Notes under the pieces: model-generated
What the model was told of the DNA's origin: nothing
Databases searched by the model: none
Seen by the model: only the letters and a program-made list of their open reading frames with translations
In this document: piece by piece, positions 27,992 through 38,749 of the stretch
Layout: each line of letters begins with the position of its first letter
How positions within the stretch are numbered: position 1 is the stretch's first letter
Origin: an uncultured Methylococcaceae bacterium
GTDB lineage: Bacteria > Pseudomonadota > Gammaproteobacteria > Methylococcales > UBA1147
Reading direction: 5' to 3'
DNA length: 64,000 nt
NCBI GenBank assembly: GCA_964619885.1
Contig: CAZUGA010000017.1
Span: 19,714 to 83,713, forward strand
Program-made: the position numbers and the translations under genes

Positions 27992-29305
27992 ATGATAAAT
28001 GCTAAAAAGAATACTTCTATCAACAAGGGTTTAGTGGGGGGATTATTTGCTATCTCGGCGATGACGATGCCGGCGATATCGCACGCAGAAGATGTCCTGA
28101 ATTCGGGGGATACCGCGTGGATGTTGACATCGATGGTGTTGGTTTTGTTTATGACAATTCCAGGTCTTTCATTGTTCTACGCGGGAATGGTAAGAAGCAA
28201 AAACCCACTGTCAGTGATGATGCAATGTTTCACCATTACCTGTTTGATTACGGTCATTTGGGTGATTTATGGCTACAGTCTGGCGTTTGGTGACGGCGAT
28301 GCCTTTGTCGGTTATCTAGGCAAAGCTTTTATGGCAGGCGTCGGCGTGGAAACTTTGAGCGGAACTATACCGGAATCAGTGTTCGCAATGTTCCAATTAA
28401 CCTTTGCGATCATTACACCAGCTTTGATCGTTGGTGCTTTTGCCGAGCGCATGAAATTTTCTGCGATGCTCTGGTTTATGGCCTTATGGGTGACGGTAGT
28501 TTACGCGCCGGTTTGTCACTGGGTATGGGGCGGCGGTTGGCTCGGCGACCAAGGCGTACTGGATTTCGCAGGCGGTACAGTTGTACATATTAACGCGGGC
28601 ATTGCCGGATTGGTTTGTGCGATTGTTCTGGGCAAGAGAAAAGGCTATCCATCAACTGCAATGCCGCCCCATAGTATGGTGTTGACCTTGGTTGGTGCTG
28701 GAATGTTGTGGGTAGGGTGGTTTGGTTTTAACGCGGGCAGCGAGCTTGCCGCGGACGGAACTGCCGGAATGGCAATGGTAGTGACTCAGGTGGCAACTGC
28801 GACGGCTGCGTTAACCTGGATGTTCGTTGAGTGGAAAATTCATGGCAAACCTAGCGCATTGGGGATTGCGTCGGGCGCGGTTGCTGGACTGGTTGCCATT
28901 ACTCCTGCGTCCGGTTACGTTGGGCCGATGGGAGCGTTGGCGATCGGTGCTGCCTCAGGTTTGGGTTGTTACATTGTTGCGGTGCACATTAAGCGGGCTT
29001 TGGGCTTTGATGACTCATTGGATGCGTTTAGCGTTCACGGGGTTGGCGGAATTATCGGGGCTATATTGACTGGCGTCTTTGCGGATGCGGCACTCGGTGG
29101 GGTTGGTCTGGAGGAAGGCGTCACGATCGGCGGACAAGTTTGGAAACAAATGATTGGAATAGGTGCGACCGTAGTTTACGATCTAATCGCAACGCTGATC
29201 TTGTTGAAAATTGTTGATCTTGTCATAGGTCTGCGCGTAACCGGCGACGAAGAGTCGGAAGGATTGGATATCGCGTTGCATGATGAACGGGGATACAACT
29301 TGTAG
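27992..29305 (+). CDS. amtB: ammonium transporter
   Basis: Signal peptide plus an 11-TM Amt fold with conserved signature motifs. Immediately downstream of glnK. Confidence 0.9.
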   Translation: MINAKKNTSINKGLVGGLFAISAMTMPAISHAEDVLNSGDTAWMLTSMVLVLFMTIPGLSLFYAGMVRSKNPLSVMMQCFTITCLITVIWVIYGYSLAFGDGDAFVGYLGKAFMAGVGVETLSGTIPESVFAMFQLTFAIITPALIVGAFAERMKFSAMLWFMALWVTVVYAPVCHWVWGGGWLGDQGVLDFAGGTVVHINAGIAGLVCAIVLGKRKGYPSTAMPPHSMVLTLVGAGMLWVGWFGFNAGSELAADGTAGMAMVVTQVATATAALTWMFVEWKIHGKPSALGIASGAVAGLVAITPASGYVGPMGALAIGAASGLGCYIVAVHIKRALGFDDSLDAFSVHGVGGIIGAILTGVFADAALGGVGLEEGVTIGGQVWKQMIGIGATVVYDLIATLILLKIVDLVIGLRVTGDEESEGLDIALHDERGYNL

Positions 29306-29326
29306 TGATAGACTTATCGATTCACT

Positions 29327-29354
29327 AAAAAAGGGCGCTTCGGCGCCCTTTTTT
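29327..29354 (+). terminator. rho-independent terminator (AAGGGCGC-TTCG-GCGCCCTT + T6)
   Basis: Perfect 8-bp GC-rich stem, a UUCG loop and a T-run after amtB1. Confidence 0.8.
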
Positions 29355-29544
29355 AGTGCTTACCCCTTCCAGTAATATCTAAAAAATAATAAATTTAGGA
29401 GTTTATGTAAATAAAAACAGAAACATACGGGTATATAAGAGAGTTCTTTAACGACCAAACTCGTTAGTGCTCCAAATAAGGGCGAATTTGTGATCTGTCG
29501 AGTAGAATGTTGTAAACTACCGATTTGTTCTGACCTTAAAATAA

Positions 29545-29901
<357 letters not shown>

Positions 29902-29919
29902 ATTGTCTGGAGCTCGGTC

Positions 29920-31215
29920 ATGAAAAATTATTCTAAAAAAATGATAGCTGTGACATCAGCTGCTTTGTTGTTGCCTTCGGTTGCCCTTGGGGATGAGTTG
30001 AATCAAGCTAATACGGCGTGGATATTGACCTCGACTGCACTGGTGTTGTTTATGACGATTCCTGGCTTATCGCTGTTCTATGCCGGATTGGTGCGCGCCA
30101 AGAATGTGCTCTCGGTATTGATGCAATGCTTTGTGATTACCTGCGCGATTTCGATTTTATGGTTGATAGGTGTTTATAGCCTGGCATTTGACGATGGCGG
30201 TAGTGTTCAGGCCTACATTGGTGGGACGGACAAGGTTATGGCATTTGGCATCGATGTGAACAGTCTGATCGGAGATATACCGGAAACTGTATTTTTTATG
30301 TTTCAGATGACCTTTGCCATCATAACTCCGGCCTTGATTGTTGGCGGTTTTGCAGAGCGCATGAAGTTTTCTGCGATGTTATTATTTAGTATGTTGTGGA
30401 TTGTTTTTGTCTACGCGCCGGTTTGTCATTGGGTATGGGGTGGCGGTTGGTTGTCGGAGATGGGCTTTTTGGATTTTGCTGGTGGCTCGGTAGTGCATAT
30501 CAACGCTGGCGTCGCGTCGTTGGTGGCTGCAATGGTAATTGGCAGACGACGTGGATTTCCGGATACGGCAATGCCTCCGCATAATCTAACCATGTGTATA
30601 ACTGGTGCTGGCATGCTATGGGTAGGCTGGTTTGGGTTTAACGCGGGTAGCGCGTTAGCAGCAAACGGTTCCGCTGGGATGGCGATGTTGGTCACGCATA
30701 TAGGTGCGGCTGCCGGGGCTTTGACCTGGATGCTGATCGAATGGGTACGTTTTGGCAAGCCCAGCGTTTTGGGTATTGTAACTGGAATGGTCGCGGGATT
30801 GGGAACGATTACGCCGGCATCGGGTTTTGTTGGACCGATTGGAGCATTGGCGATCGGATGTATCGCTGGAACAGTGTGTTTTATGGCGACACAGTTTTTG
30901 AAGCGTGTCCTTAAAATTGATGATTCTTTAGATGTTTTTCCGGTTCACGGTGTTGGGGGGATGGTTGGGACTACGTTAACCGGTGTATTTGCTGCGAGTT
31001 CTCTCGGCGGCATGGGTTTAGCGGATGGCGTGACGATCGGTGACCAAGTTGTAGTTCAATTGATCGGGGTGTTTGCAACTATAGTATGGAGCGCAGTAAT
31101 TAGTTATGTGTTGCTCAAAGTAGTTGACATGGTCTCTGGTTTGCGCGTTGAGGTTGACGACGAAACCCAAGGTTTGGATGTTGTTCTACACGAAGAAACG
31201 GGTTACAACATGTAA
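29920..31215 (+). CDS. amtB: ammonium transporter, second copy
   Basis: Paralog of 27992-29305. Confidence 0.9.
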   Translation: MKNYSKKMIAVTSAALLLPSVALGDELNQANTAWILTSTALVLFMTIPGLSLFYAGLVRAKNVLSVLMQCFVITCAISILWLIGVYSLAFDDGGSVQAYIGGTDKVMAFGIDVNSLIGDIPETVFFMFQMTFAIITPALIVGGFAERMKFSAMLLFSMLWIVFVYAPVCHWVWGGGWLSEMGFLDFAGGSVVHINAGVASLVAAMVIGRRRGFPDTAMPPHNLTMCITGAGMLWVGWFGFNAGSALAANGSAGMAMLVTHIGAAAGALTWMLIEWVRFGKPSVLGIVTGMVAGLGTITPASGFVGPIGALAIGCIAGTVCFMATQFLKRVLKIDDSLDVFPVHGVGGMVGTTLTGVFAASSLGGMGLADGVTIGDQVVVQLIGVFATIVWSAVISYVLLKVVDMVSGLRVEVDDETQGLDVVLHEETGYNM

Positions 31216-31267
31216 AACTTGTCACAACCGCTCTGTCGTCCTGCGGAGCGGTTGTGAAGGATTTAAA

Positions 31268-32734
31268 TCAAGACTCTGAGCGGATGTCGATTTCTTCGTT
31301 GTCGATATCCAAGACGATATCGTCACCACCTTTAAACTCGTTTAACGATGAGATTGCTTCGGCTAGGACTGATTTACGCGCGTCGTCGATCAGATTGCGA
31401 AAATCTGTTGAATCCTCCGGATAATCAAGGCCCAAAGATGATGATTTTCGGTCATCTTGTAGAAGACTATGTAAGGCTTGGGTCTTTGCTTGGACCGATG
31501 CCGGGGTTGGCAGTTTTATATCATCTGGAACTTTAGGCAGATGCTTTAAGATTTCCAATTGAACTTGTAGAGGAATATTCTTATCGGACAAAGAAACAAA
31601 TGCGCGTATAAGAGATTGAACCCCTTCCGCATGAGCTTTATAAAACTCGCTAGTTCGAGCGTTGATTAACATGCTGCTACGTTTGGATTCCGTTGCTGCT
31701 TGCAGCATTGCAATTTGATTCTTCCGTTCCGCTTTTTCCAATTCCCGTGCCGTTAGAATTTGCTCTTCAGCTTGAGCGGCTTCTGCTTTGGCCAAGCTTG
31801 CCTTTGTTTGCGCTTTTGACTGTTCAACCCGTTTTTCGGCGACATCGATAACTTTTATATGCTCAGCGTGTTCTATTTCTTTTTCGGCAACCATTTCGGA
31901 TTGTTGTTGCTGAATCTGCATATCGGATTGGATTTTTGCGGTTTCAGCTCGCTTGGTCGCATCCATGATCGCAAGCTCATGATCGTTTTCAAGTTTTAGT
32001 GAATCTTTCTGGTTATTTAGTTCCTGAATTAAACGTTCGCTATCGATCTGTTTTTTCGCAATGTCTATACGGCTTTCCTGCTCAATATCGTTTCTGGCCT
32101 TGCGCTTGTTCAGAGTCAAGTCAATCAATTTTGTCAAACCTTCCGCATCGAAAATATTGTCGGGATCAAAAAATTCCTTGCCGGTCTGGTCCAGTCGGGT
32201 CACTGCAATTGATTCTAAAATCAAGCCATTTTTTAGCATTCGCCCAGAGCAAATATTTTGTACTTGCTCGACAAAAGTGTCGCGCTTAGATTGAAGTTCT
32301 TCTAATGTTAATTCCGCTGCGGCAGTTCGCATCGCATCTATCAATTTTCCTTCGATGAGTTGTTTGAGTTCATCGGGCGATACGCTTCTTGCGCCTAGTT
32401 GTTTAGCCGCGACCGCAATTGACGATTCTTCGGCTTCTACGTGAACGTAAAAATCCAATTCAACGTCGGCGCGTAACCGGTCGATAGTCATCAGCGCCTG
32501 TTGGTCCACCTGGCTTACAGAAATGCATATTTCCGCCAAATTTATGGGAATTACTTTGTGTAGAATAGGCAATACAAAAGCGGGTTTATTTAAGATGATG
32601 CTTTCTCCACCATGTCCGCTACGGATATATGCGCGGTTTTTGGTTGGCCGGACATAAATGCGGGAAATGACGAAACCCAAGAGTAGGGTTATAAGGAGTA
32701 CAGTAGTTACGATAGTAAACGTTATCATGCTCAT
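31268..32734 (-). CDS. flotillin-like SPFH/band-7 family protein (YqiK-like)
   Basis: N-terminal TM anchor, an SPFH domain, and a long E/A/Q-rich coiled coil. Confidence 0.8.
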   Translation of the reverse strand: MSMITFTIVTTVLLITLLLGFVISRIYVRPTKNRAYIRSGHGGESIILNKPAFVLPILHKVIPINLAEICISVSQVDQQALMTIDRLRADVELDFYVHVEAEESSIAVAAKQLGARSVSPDELKQLIEGKLIDAMRTAAAELTLEELQSKRDTFVEQVQNICSGRMLKNGLILESIAVTRLDQTGKEFFDPDNIFDAEGLTKLIDLTLNKRKARNDIEQESRIDIAKKQIDSERLIQELNNQKDSLKLENDHELAIMDATKRAETAKIQSDMQIQQQQSEMVAEKEIEHAEHIKVIDVAEKRVEQSKAQTKASLAKAEAAQAEEQILTARELEKAERKNQIAMLQAATESKRSSMLINARTSEFYKAHAEGVQSLIRAFVSLSDKNIPLQVQLEILKHLPKVPDDIKLPTPASVQAKTQALHSLLQDDRKSSSLGLDYPEDSTDFRNLIDDARKSVLAEAISSLNEFKGGDDIVLDIDNEEIDIRSES

Positions 32735-33177
32735 TTTTGTAGGTATAGCAGATTTAGGACGTCAAAGCATACGGTAATGCTAAATTTGCGAAAAAGCAAT
32801 CTAAAATATTATTTTTTCTTTCTTATTTAAATGACTAGGTAACTTATCTTGGGTAAATTATTAAAGGAGGAACATAAATTATTGATAAGTTAATAAGGTT
32901 GTAGAGGGAGTTTTGATATGGGGGTTACTTTTGAAAAATTAATCTGCATAGCGTTGTTGATATCGGCATTCCCTGGAAAATTTGATACTTTGCTTATATT
33001 TATATTTCTACAGCAGCTGGTTGGAATACAAAGAGCGCAACGGGGGGCTTGTTTGAATTCAAACGCGATGACTTGATGCTCGTATATTAAAAATGGGGTT
33101 TAATTTATAGGGTCATCCTTGCTCATAGGCTATAAAAATTTAGGTCAATGTCAATCGGTGTATATTAGGAGAATTTA

Positions 33178-34032
33178 ATGAAAGTAGGTTTCGTAGGATT
33201 GGGAGCGATGGGCGCGTCGATGGCGCGCAATATCGCAGGGGCCGGGCTGCTTGCCAGTGTTTGGAATAGGACTTCGATGCGTGCCCAGGGTTTGGGTCAT
33301 GAACTGAAAGTAGCAGTTGCCGATAACCTACCGGAATTGGCCAGTCAGGTTAATATTGTAGTATGTTGCGTTTCAGCTGATAGCGATGTTGTAGAAGTGG
33401 TTAATGCGTTGCGCCCAGGGCTTAAGGCCGGATCGGTCGTTGTTGATACGTCCACCGTTAGTAGCGAAACGGCCCAGCAAATAGAAAAGATTCTCGCCGA
33501 GGTTGGGGTGGCTTTTTTAGATTCCCCAGTTTCCGGAGGAGTTGAAGGCGCGCGCATCGGAAATCTGGCTATGATGGTCGGTGGTAATTCTACGAATTTG
33601 GAAAAGGTTAGACCGGTGCTTGAAGCCATGGGTAGTCAGATTGTGCACATGGGACCGGTCGGTGCTGGTCAGGCGACAAAAGCGGTCAATCAGATTATGG
33701 CGGCAGGGATCAACCAGGCCGTAACAGAAGCGCTAGCTTTTGGAGACAGCCAGGCGTTACCGATGGATCAACTAATAGATGTCATTTCGGCTGGTGCGGC
33801 TGGAAATTGGTTTCTAGAGCACCGTGGACCTAGCTTGGTAAAAAATTCATTTAAGCCGGGTTTCAAGCTCGGATTGCACCATAAGGATCTGGAGATTTGT
33901 AGACAGATGGCGGCTAAAAAGGGATTTGAATCCAGTGTAATCAAAAAAACTTTGGAAGATTATAAGTTGCTTATGGACCAAGGCTTTCAGGATGAAGATA
34001 TTTCTGCATTGTATCGTTTGAAAACGTCCTAA
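33178..34032 (+). CDS. NAD(P)-dependent oxidoreductase, 3-hydroxyisobutyrate dehydrogenase family
   Basis: N-terminal GFVGLGAMG Rossmann motif and beta-hydroxyacid dehydrogenase signature regions. Confidence 0.8.
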   Translation: MKVGFVGLGAMGASMARNIAGAGLLASVWNRTSMRAQGLGHELKVAVADNLPELASQVNIVVCCVSADSDVVEVVNALRPGLKAGSVVVDTSTVSSETAQQIEKILAEVGVAFLDSPVSGGVEGARIGNLAMMVGGNSTNLEKVRPVLEAMGSQIVHMGPVGAGQATKAVNQIMAAGINQAVTEALAFGDSQALPMDQLIDVISAGAAGNWFLEHRGPSLVKNSFKPGFKLGLHHKDLEICRQMAAKKGFESSVIKKTLEDYKLLMDQGFQDEDISALYRLKTS

Positions 34033-34646
34033 TGGACCGAATTACACAAGCTCTTGTTGCGCATCAAAGGTCTTTGCTCAAATGTAACAAGTGTACCCAA
34101 ATGGTGGGCCCCGTAGTGACCGGTGAACCAATTCGATCGTCAGTTTATCTAATAGGCCAAGCGCCAGGTACTAGAGAAGGTTTGGCTGGAAGGCCCTTTG
34201 CTTGGACAGCAGGCAAAACGCTGTTTAAATGGTTTGCAAAGATTGGGCTGGACGAAGAAGCGTTTCGCCAGCGTGTATTCATGGCAGCGGTGTGCCGGTG
34301 TTTTCCAGGTAAGAATCCTAACGGCGGAGATCGAGTTCCAGATGAAAAGGAGATGAATGAATGTGCCGGTTGGATGAACGCGGAATTGGCTTTGCTCGAA
34401 CCGCAATTGATCCTGCCGGTCGGTAAGCTGGCCATTGGACGTTTGATCCCGGTAAATAAACTGAAAGACGTGATCGGTAATTGTTACACCTGCGAGGTTA
34501 ATGGCGTTGAACGTGATGTAATACCCCTACCGCATCCCTCTGGAGCATCAACCTGGCACCGAGTCGAACCGGGAAAAACGCTATTATTGCAAGCGTTACA
34601 TTTAATCCAGCGTCATTCTGCGTGGAAAAGTGTTTGTAATTTATAG
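34032..34646 (+). CDS. uracil-DNA glycosylase superfamily protein
   Basis: GQAPG-like motif A and HPSG-type motif B of the UDG superfamily. Confidence 0.65.
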   Translation: MDRITQALVAHQRSLLKCNKCTQMVGPVVTGEPIRSSVYLIGQAPGTREGLAGRPFAWTAGKTLFKWFAKIGLDEEAFRQRVFMAAVCRCFPGKNPNGGDRVPDEKEMNECAGWMNAELALLEPQLILPVGKLAIGRLIPVNKLKDVIGNCYTCEVNGVERDVIPLPHPSGASTWHRVEPGKTLLLQALHLIQRHSAWKSVCNL

Positions 34647-34699
34647 TTTAGATGTCCTATCCATACTAAATTCGTACCAATCAGAAACCGCAAATAAGA

Positions 34700-36115
34700 A
34701 TGTCACACACAGCCCGCAGTCAATCGTCTATTGATACTCAAGCTTCCTCAAATCAAAAGGTTAATGCGCTGGTATCCCCTGGGGAAAGCCTTGATATTTT
34801 ATCTAAGATTGAAATGGAGCAGCTTCTAGATAGCAGCCAGGGTGGCTTATACAAACTTTTCCGCCGGTGCTCTCTTGCGGTTTTGAATTGTGGTAGCGAA
34901 ATCGACGATGGCAGGGCCGTATTAGATGAATTCTCCGATTATTCTATCCGGGTGTTACAACAGGGACGTGGAATCAAATTAGATCTGGAAAATGCACCCG
35001 GTAGTGCTTTTGTTGATGGGGTTCTGGTGCATGGGATCAAAGACCATTTATTTGCGGTATTACGGGATATTGTTTTTATCAATACTGAAATAAAGGGCGA
35101 TCAAGGCCTGGATCTAACTCAATCGAGCGATATTACCAATGTCGTATTTCATATTCTCAGGAATGCTGGGATATTGCGACCGCGTAAACGTCCGGATATG
35201 ATTGTGTGTTGGGGCGGGCACTCAATTAAGCGGGAAGAATACGATTATTCAAAAGAAATAGGTTACCAGCTGGGACTGCGAGGACTTAATATTTGCACCG
35301 GATGTGGTCCCGGAGCGATGAAAGGTCCAATGAAGGGTGCGATGATTGGTCATACCAAGCAACGCATCAAAGATGGCCGTTATGTAGGAATTACCGAACC
35401 CGGTATTATCGCAGCGGAACCACCCAATCCTATCGTCAATGAATTGGTGATTTTGCCGGATATCGAAAAACGCCTGGAAGCATTCGTTCGCACGGGTCAC
35501 GGTTTTGTGGTATTTCCAGGCGGTGTAGGAACGGCTGAAGAAGTTCTGTTATTAGTTGGGATCTTGTTGCATCCGTCTAACGCTGATATGCCTTTCCCGC
35601 TGATATTTACGGGGCCTAAATCCAGCGAAAAATATTTTGAGCAAATAGACCGTTTTATAGGCGACACGCTGGGTGAAGTCGCCCGGCAAAAATATTCAAT
35701 CATCATAGATAATCCGGTATTGGTAGCGCGCGAGATAAAACAGCAGATTAAAGCGGTACAGCAGTTCAGAAAAAGTAATCATGATGCATACTATTTTAAT
35801 TGGCAGTTGAGAATTCAGCCAGCTTTTCAATTGCCTTTTATACCCAATCATGCGGAAATGGCGGGATTGGCTTTGCATAAGAACCAACCTGTGCATGAAT
35901 TGGCGGCGAATCTACGCAAAGCTTTCTCGGGTATAGTCGCCGGAAATGTCAAAGAAGAGGGTATCCGTTCCATAGCCCAATTTGGCCCCTTTAAAATAGA
36001 CGGGGATCAAGCGATTACCAAACCTTTGGATCATCTACTGCGGTCATTTGTAGCTCAACAGCGGATGAAATTACCAGGCACCAGCTATGAACCTTGTTAC
36101 GAAATTATTACCTAA
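34700..36115 (+). CDS. ppnN: nucleotide 5'-monophosphate nucleosidase PpnN (LOG family, YgdH-like)
   Basis: 471 aa with a central LOG/Rossmann PGGxGTxxE motif. The length and architecture match PpnN. Confidence 0.75.
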   Translation: MSHTARSQSSIDTQASSNQKVNALVSPGESLDILSKIEMEQLLDSSQGGLYKLFRRCSLAVLNCGSEIDDGRAVLDEFSDYSIRVLQQGRGIKLDLENAPGSAFVDGVLVHGIKDHLFAVLRDIVFINTEIKGDQGLDLTQSSDITNVVFHILRNAGILRPRKRPDMIVCWGGHSIKREEYDYSKEIGYQLGLRGLNICTGCGPGAMKGPMKGAMIGHTKQRIKDGRYVGITEPGIIAAEPPNPIVNELVILPDIEKRLEAFVRTGHGFVVFPGGVGTAEEVLLLVGILLHPSNADMPFPLIFTGPKSSEKYFEQIDRFIGDTLGEVARQKYSIIIDNPVLVAREIKQQIKAVQQFRKSNHDAYYFNWQLRIQPAFQLPFIPNHAEMAGLALHKNQPVHELAANLRKAFSGIVAGNVKEEGIRSIAQFGPFKIDGDQAITKPLDHLLRSFVAQQRMKLPGTSYEPCYEIIT

Positions 36116-36267
36116 GAATTCTTGCTAGGACTTGGTTTGCCATTTTTGGGGAAATACATAAATGTTGAGATTATTGCAAGAATTACTCAAGCATTACGCG
36201 GTAATTTTGACCGCTTTGGAAACAAGAGCCAGTGCAATATGTTGTAGCGTAGTCTCTGATTTGGTTA

Positions 36268-36837
36268 TTAATTCTTGGTGCTTATTATTATAGTATCGAT
36301 GTTGTTCTCCCGAAGCTTGATGCGTATGGTATCGACCACAGAGAGCTTGGAGAATGGACCTATTTTGACACGATTCCATGTTGTTGAATCATTTTTGGCT
36401 ATTTCAATTTTTGATTCGACGCCAATTAAAGCAAGCTGGGCCTTCAATTTGTCCGCTTGGCTGTGTTTTCTGAACGATCCGGCTTGAATGACATAGTGAC
36501 TAGGTTTTGCTTTGCCAAGTTTTTCCTCACGTTTTCGTATTTTTATTTCAGATTCTGGGATAACAATTTCTTGTTCTGGAAGGATGTTGTAAAAATCGAA
36601 TTTGGGTTTGGCCGTTGATACCGGAATGTGTTTTTTCGCTTTCGTTTTAGCTTTGGATTTTGCCGGAATAGACGTTTTAATTTTGTGTTCGGTTCTGTCT
36701 TGATTTCGAAGGAAGATCAGGAAAGATACAAATGATCCGATAAGTACCGCAGCCAATAACCATTTCCACAGCGCGATTTTGTTTTTTTTCTTTTTTCGAT
36801 TACCGGAGCGCGCGCGGTGTTTGTAATCCTTGGTCAT
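36268..36837 (-). CDS. SPOR domain-containing membrane protein
   Basis: N-terminal TM, a basic linker and a C-terminal SPOR domain (YVIQAGSFRKHSQADKLKAQLALIG). Sits downstream of argS, as often seen. Confidence 0.7.
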   Translation of the reverse strand: MTKDYKHRARSGNRKKKKNKIALWKWLLAAVLIGSFVSFLIFLRNQDRTEHKIKTSIPAKSKAKTKAKKHIPVSTAKPKFDFYNILPEQEIVIPESEIKIRKREEKLGKAKPSHYVIQAGSFRKHSQADKLKAQLALIGVESKIEIAKNDSTTWNRVKIGPFSKLSVVDTIRIKLRENNIDTIIISTKN

Positions 36838-36839
36838 TC

Positions 36840-38600
36840 TTACATCGTTTCCGGTGCGGAAATATCTAATAAGCCTAGCCCATTAGAAATTATCTGGCGG
36901 ACCGCATAAACAAGATTCAGACGAGCATTGCGAATTGCGTTGTCGTCGACCAAAAATTGATGTGCGTTATAGTAGGTATGAAAATCGTTGGCCAATTCAC
37001 GCAAATATTGAATCAGCAAATGGGGTTCGTGTTTCAAAGCGGCGTTTTTTATTGTTTCTGAATAGGCAGAAAGACTTTTTAGCAGCGCCTGTTCATGGCT
37101 CTCGGTCAAAAGATTCAAATTCGACATACCCGTTTCGATGTCCCAAACCATATGCTTGTCATCCAATTGTCTGAAAACACTGCAAACGCGGGCGTGTGCG
37201 TATTGTACATAATACACCGGATTTTCATTCGATTGAGACATCGCCAATTGCAGGTCAAAATCCATATGTTGTTGACAGCGCCGCATCATATAAAAGAAGC
37301 GCGCGGCATCTTTGCCGACTTCGTTGCGCAGCTGTCGTAACGTGATGAATTCACCCGACCGGGTAGACATCGATACTTTTTCTTTGCCCCGATACAAAAC
37401 CGCAAACTGTACCAACAGGATTTTGAGCTTCGAAGCGTCCCCGCCTAATGCTTGAATCGCTGCTTTGACTCTTGGGACGTACCCGTGATGATCGGCGCCC
37501 CAAATATCAATAAGAATATCGTAACCTCGTTCTAATTTGTTCAAATGATAGGCTATGTCGGACGCCAAATAAGTGGTTTGCCCATTTTCTCTAACGACGA
37601 CACGATCTTTTTCATCACCCAATTTGCTACAAGCAAACCAAGTGGCGCCATTTTTTTCATAAAGATGGCCAGATTCTTGAAGTTTATTTAAGGCTTTTTG
37701 TACTGCGCCTGAATCCATCAGTTGCCGTTCTGAAAACCATTCGTCAAAGTTGACACCGAAATCTTCCAGATCGTTTTTAATATCCAACAAGATTCCGTCC
37801 AATCCACTAGTAAGAAAGAACTGATATTGATCGGGCGTCAGTAATTTGCGGGCTTTATCTATAAGTGCATCAATATAAGCCTCTTTATCGCCCCCATCCA
37901 CTTGGTCGGCTGGAAGGCCTTCAAGAATCAAATCAGCGGGGTGCTGAAATTCGTTAGCACCTGCGGTGTGTATTTTTTTTGCTACGCTACGGACGTATTC
38001 ACCGCGGTAGGCATTGCTTGGAAACGGCAAAATTTCGCCGCATTCTTCTAGATAACGTAACCAAATCGTTGTTGCCAATATATCCATCTGGCGCCCTGCA
38101 TCATTGACATAGTATTCCCGGTAAACCTCATAGCCAATCGCGGTAAGTAGATTGCCCAGTGCAGATCCATAGGCGGCCCCGCGGCCGTGCCCAACGTGTA
38201 AAGGCCCGGTAGGGTTCGCCGAAACAAATTCAATTTGTACCTTTGTTCCGATACCTATATTGCTTTTGCCAAACCGGTCAGCTTGTTCGTGAATTTGACG
38301 GATGATATCTGATTGGGTCCCTTGGGCTATGAAGAAATTGATGAAGCCCGGGCCGGCAATATTGGTCTCTTGAATTTCAGCAGCAGAGGGTAGTACGTCA
38401 ACGATAGCTTGCGCAAGGTCGCGTGGTTTTTGTTTTGCTGCTTTCGCCAATGTCAACGCCAAGTTGGATGCAAAATCTCCGTGTTGGGCATCGCGTGTGC
38501 GTTCAACAACAATATTAGGTGTAATCTGTTTGTCCAGCTTACCCGCTTTTTGTAGTGTTTTGACCGCTTCGCGTAGGAGTTCTTCGAGTTTTAGTTTCAT
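36840..38600 (-). CDS. argS: arginine--tRNA ligase
   Basis: 586 aa with a class I HIGH motif ([11 protein letters not shown]) and an ArgRS anticodon-binding domain. Confidence 0.9.
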   Translation of the reverse strand: MKLKLEELLREAVKTLQKAGKLDKQITPNIVVERTRDAQHGDFASNLALTLAKAAKQKPRDLAQAIVDVLPSAAEIQETNIAGPGFINFFIAQGTQSDIIRQIHEQADRFGKSNIGIGTKVQIEFVSANPTGPLHVGHGRGAAYGSALGNLLTAIGYEVYREYYVNDAGRQMDILATTIWLRYLEECGEILPFPSNAYRGEYVRSVAKKIHTAGANEFQHPADLILEGLPADQVDGGDKEAYIDALIDKARKLLTPDQYQFFLTSGLDGILLDIKNDLEDFGVNFDEWFSERQLMDSGAVQKALNKLQESGHLYEKNGATWFACSKLGDEKDRVVVRENGQTTYLASDIAYHLNKLERGYDILIDIWGADHHGYVPRVKAAIQALGGDASKLKILLVQFAVLYRGKEKVSMSTRSGEFITLRQLRNEVGKDAARFFYMMRRCQQHMDFDLQLAMSQSNENPVYYVQYAHARVCSVFRQLDDKHMVWDIETGMSNLNLLTESHEQALLKSLSAYSETIKNAALKHEPHLLIQYLRELANDFHTYYNAHQFLVDDNAIRNARLNLVYAVRQIISNGLGLLDISAPETM

Positions 38601-38749
38601 GCAGCGATAGATTTGTATTGCAATTCGTAAATGATTGAAGGGGGCGTATTATCCTAAAATCGATTGGGGCGATGCAATGTTTTGTTGTATTACCCGCAAA
38701 CTTGCATCGTGTATTGAAGGTTGGTCCAAAGCATTTTTGTACTCGGCAG

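Noticed and set aside
31221-31256. Hairpin CACAACCGCTC-N12-GAGCGGTTGTG between convergent amtB2 and flotillin genes as bidirectional terminator
   Set aside because: The stem is clear but no U-run follows on either strand, so it is at best a weak or Rho-assisted terminator.
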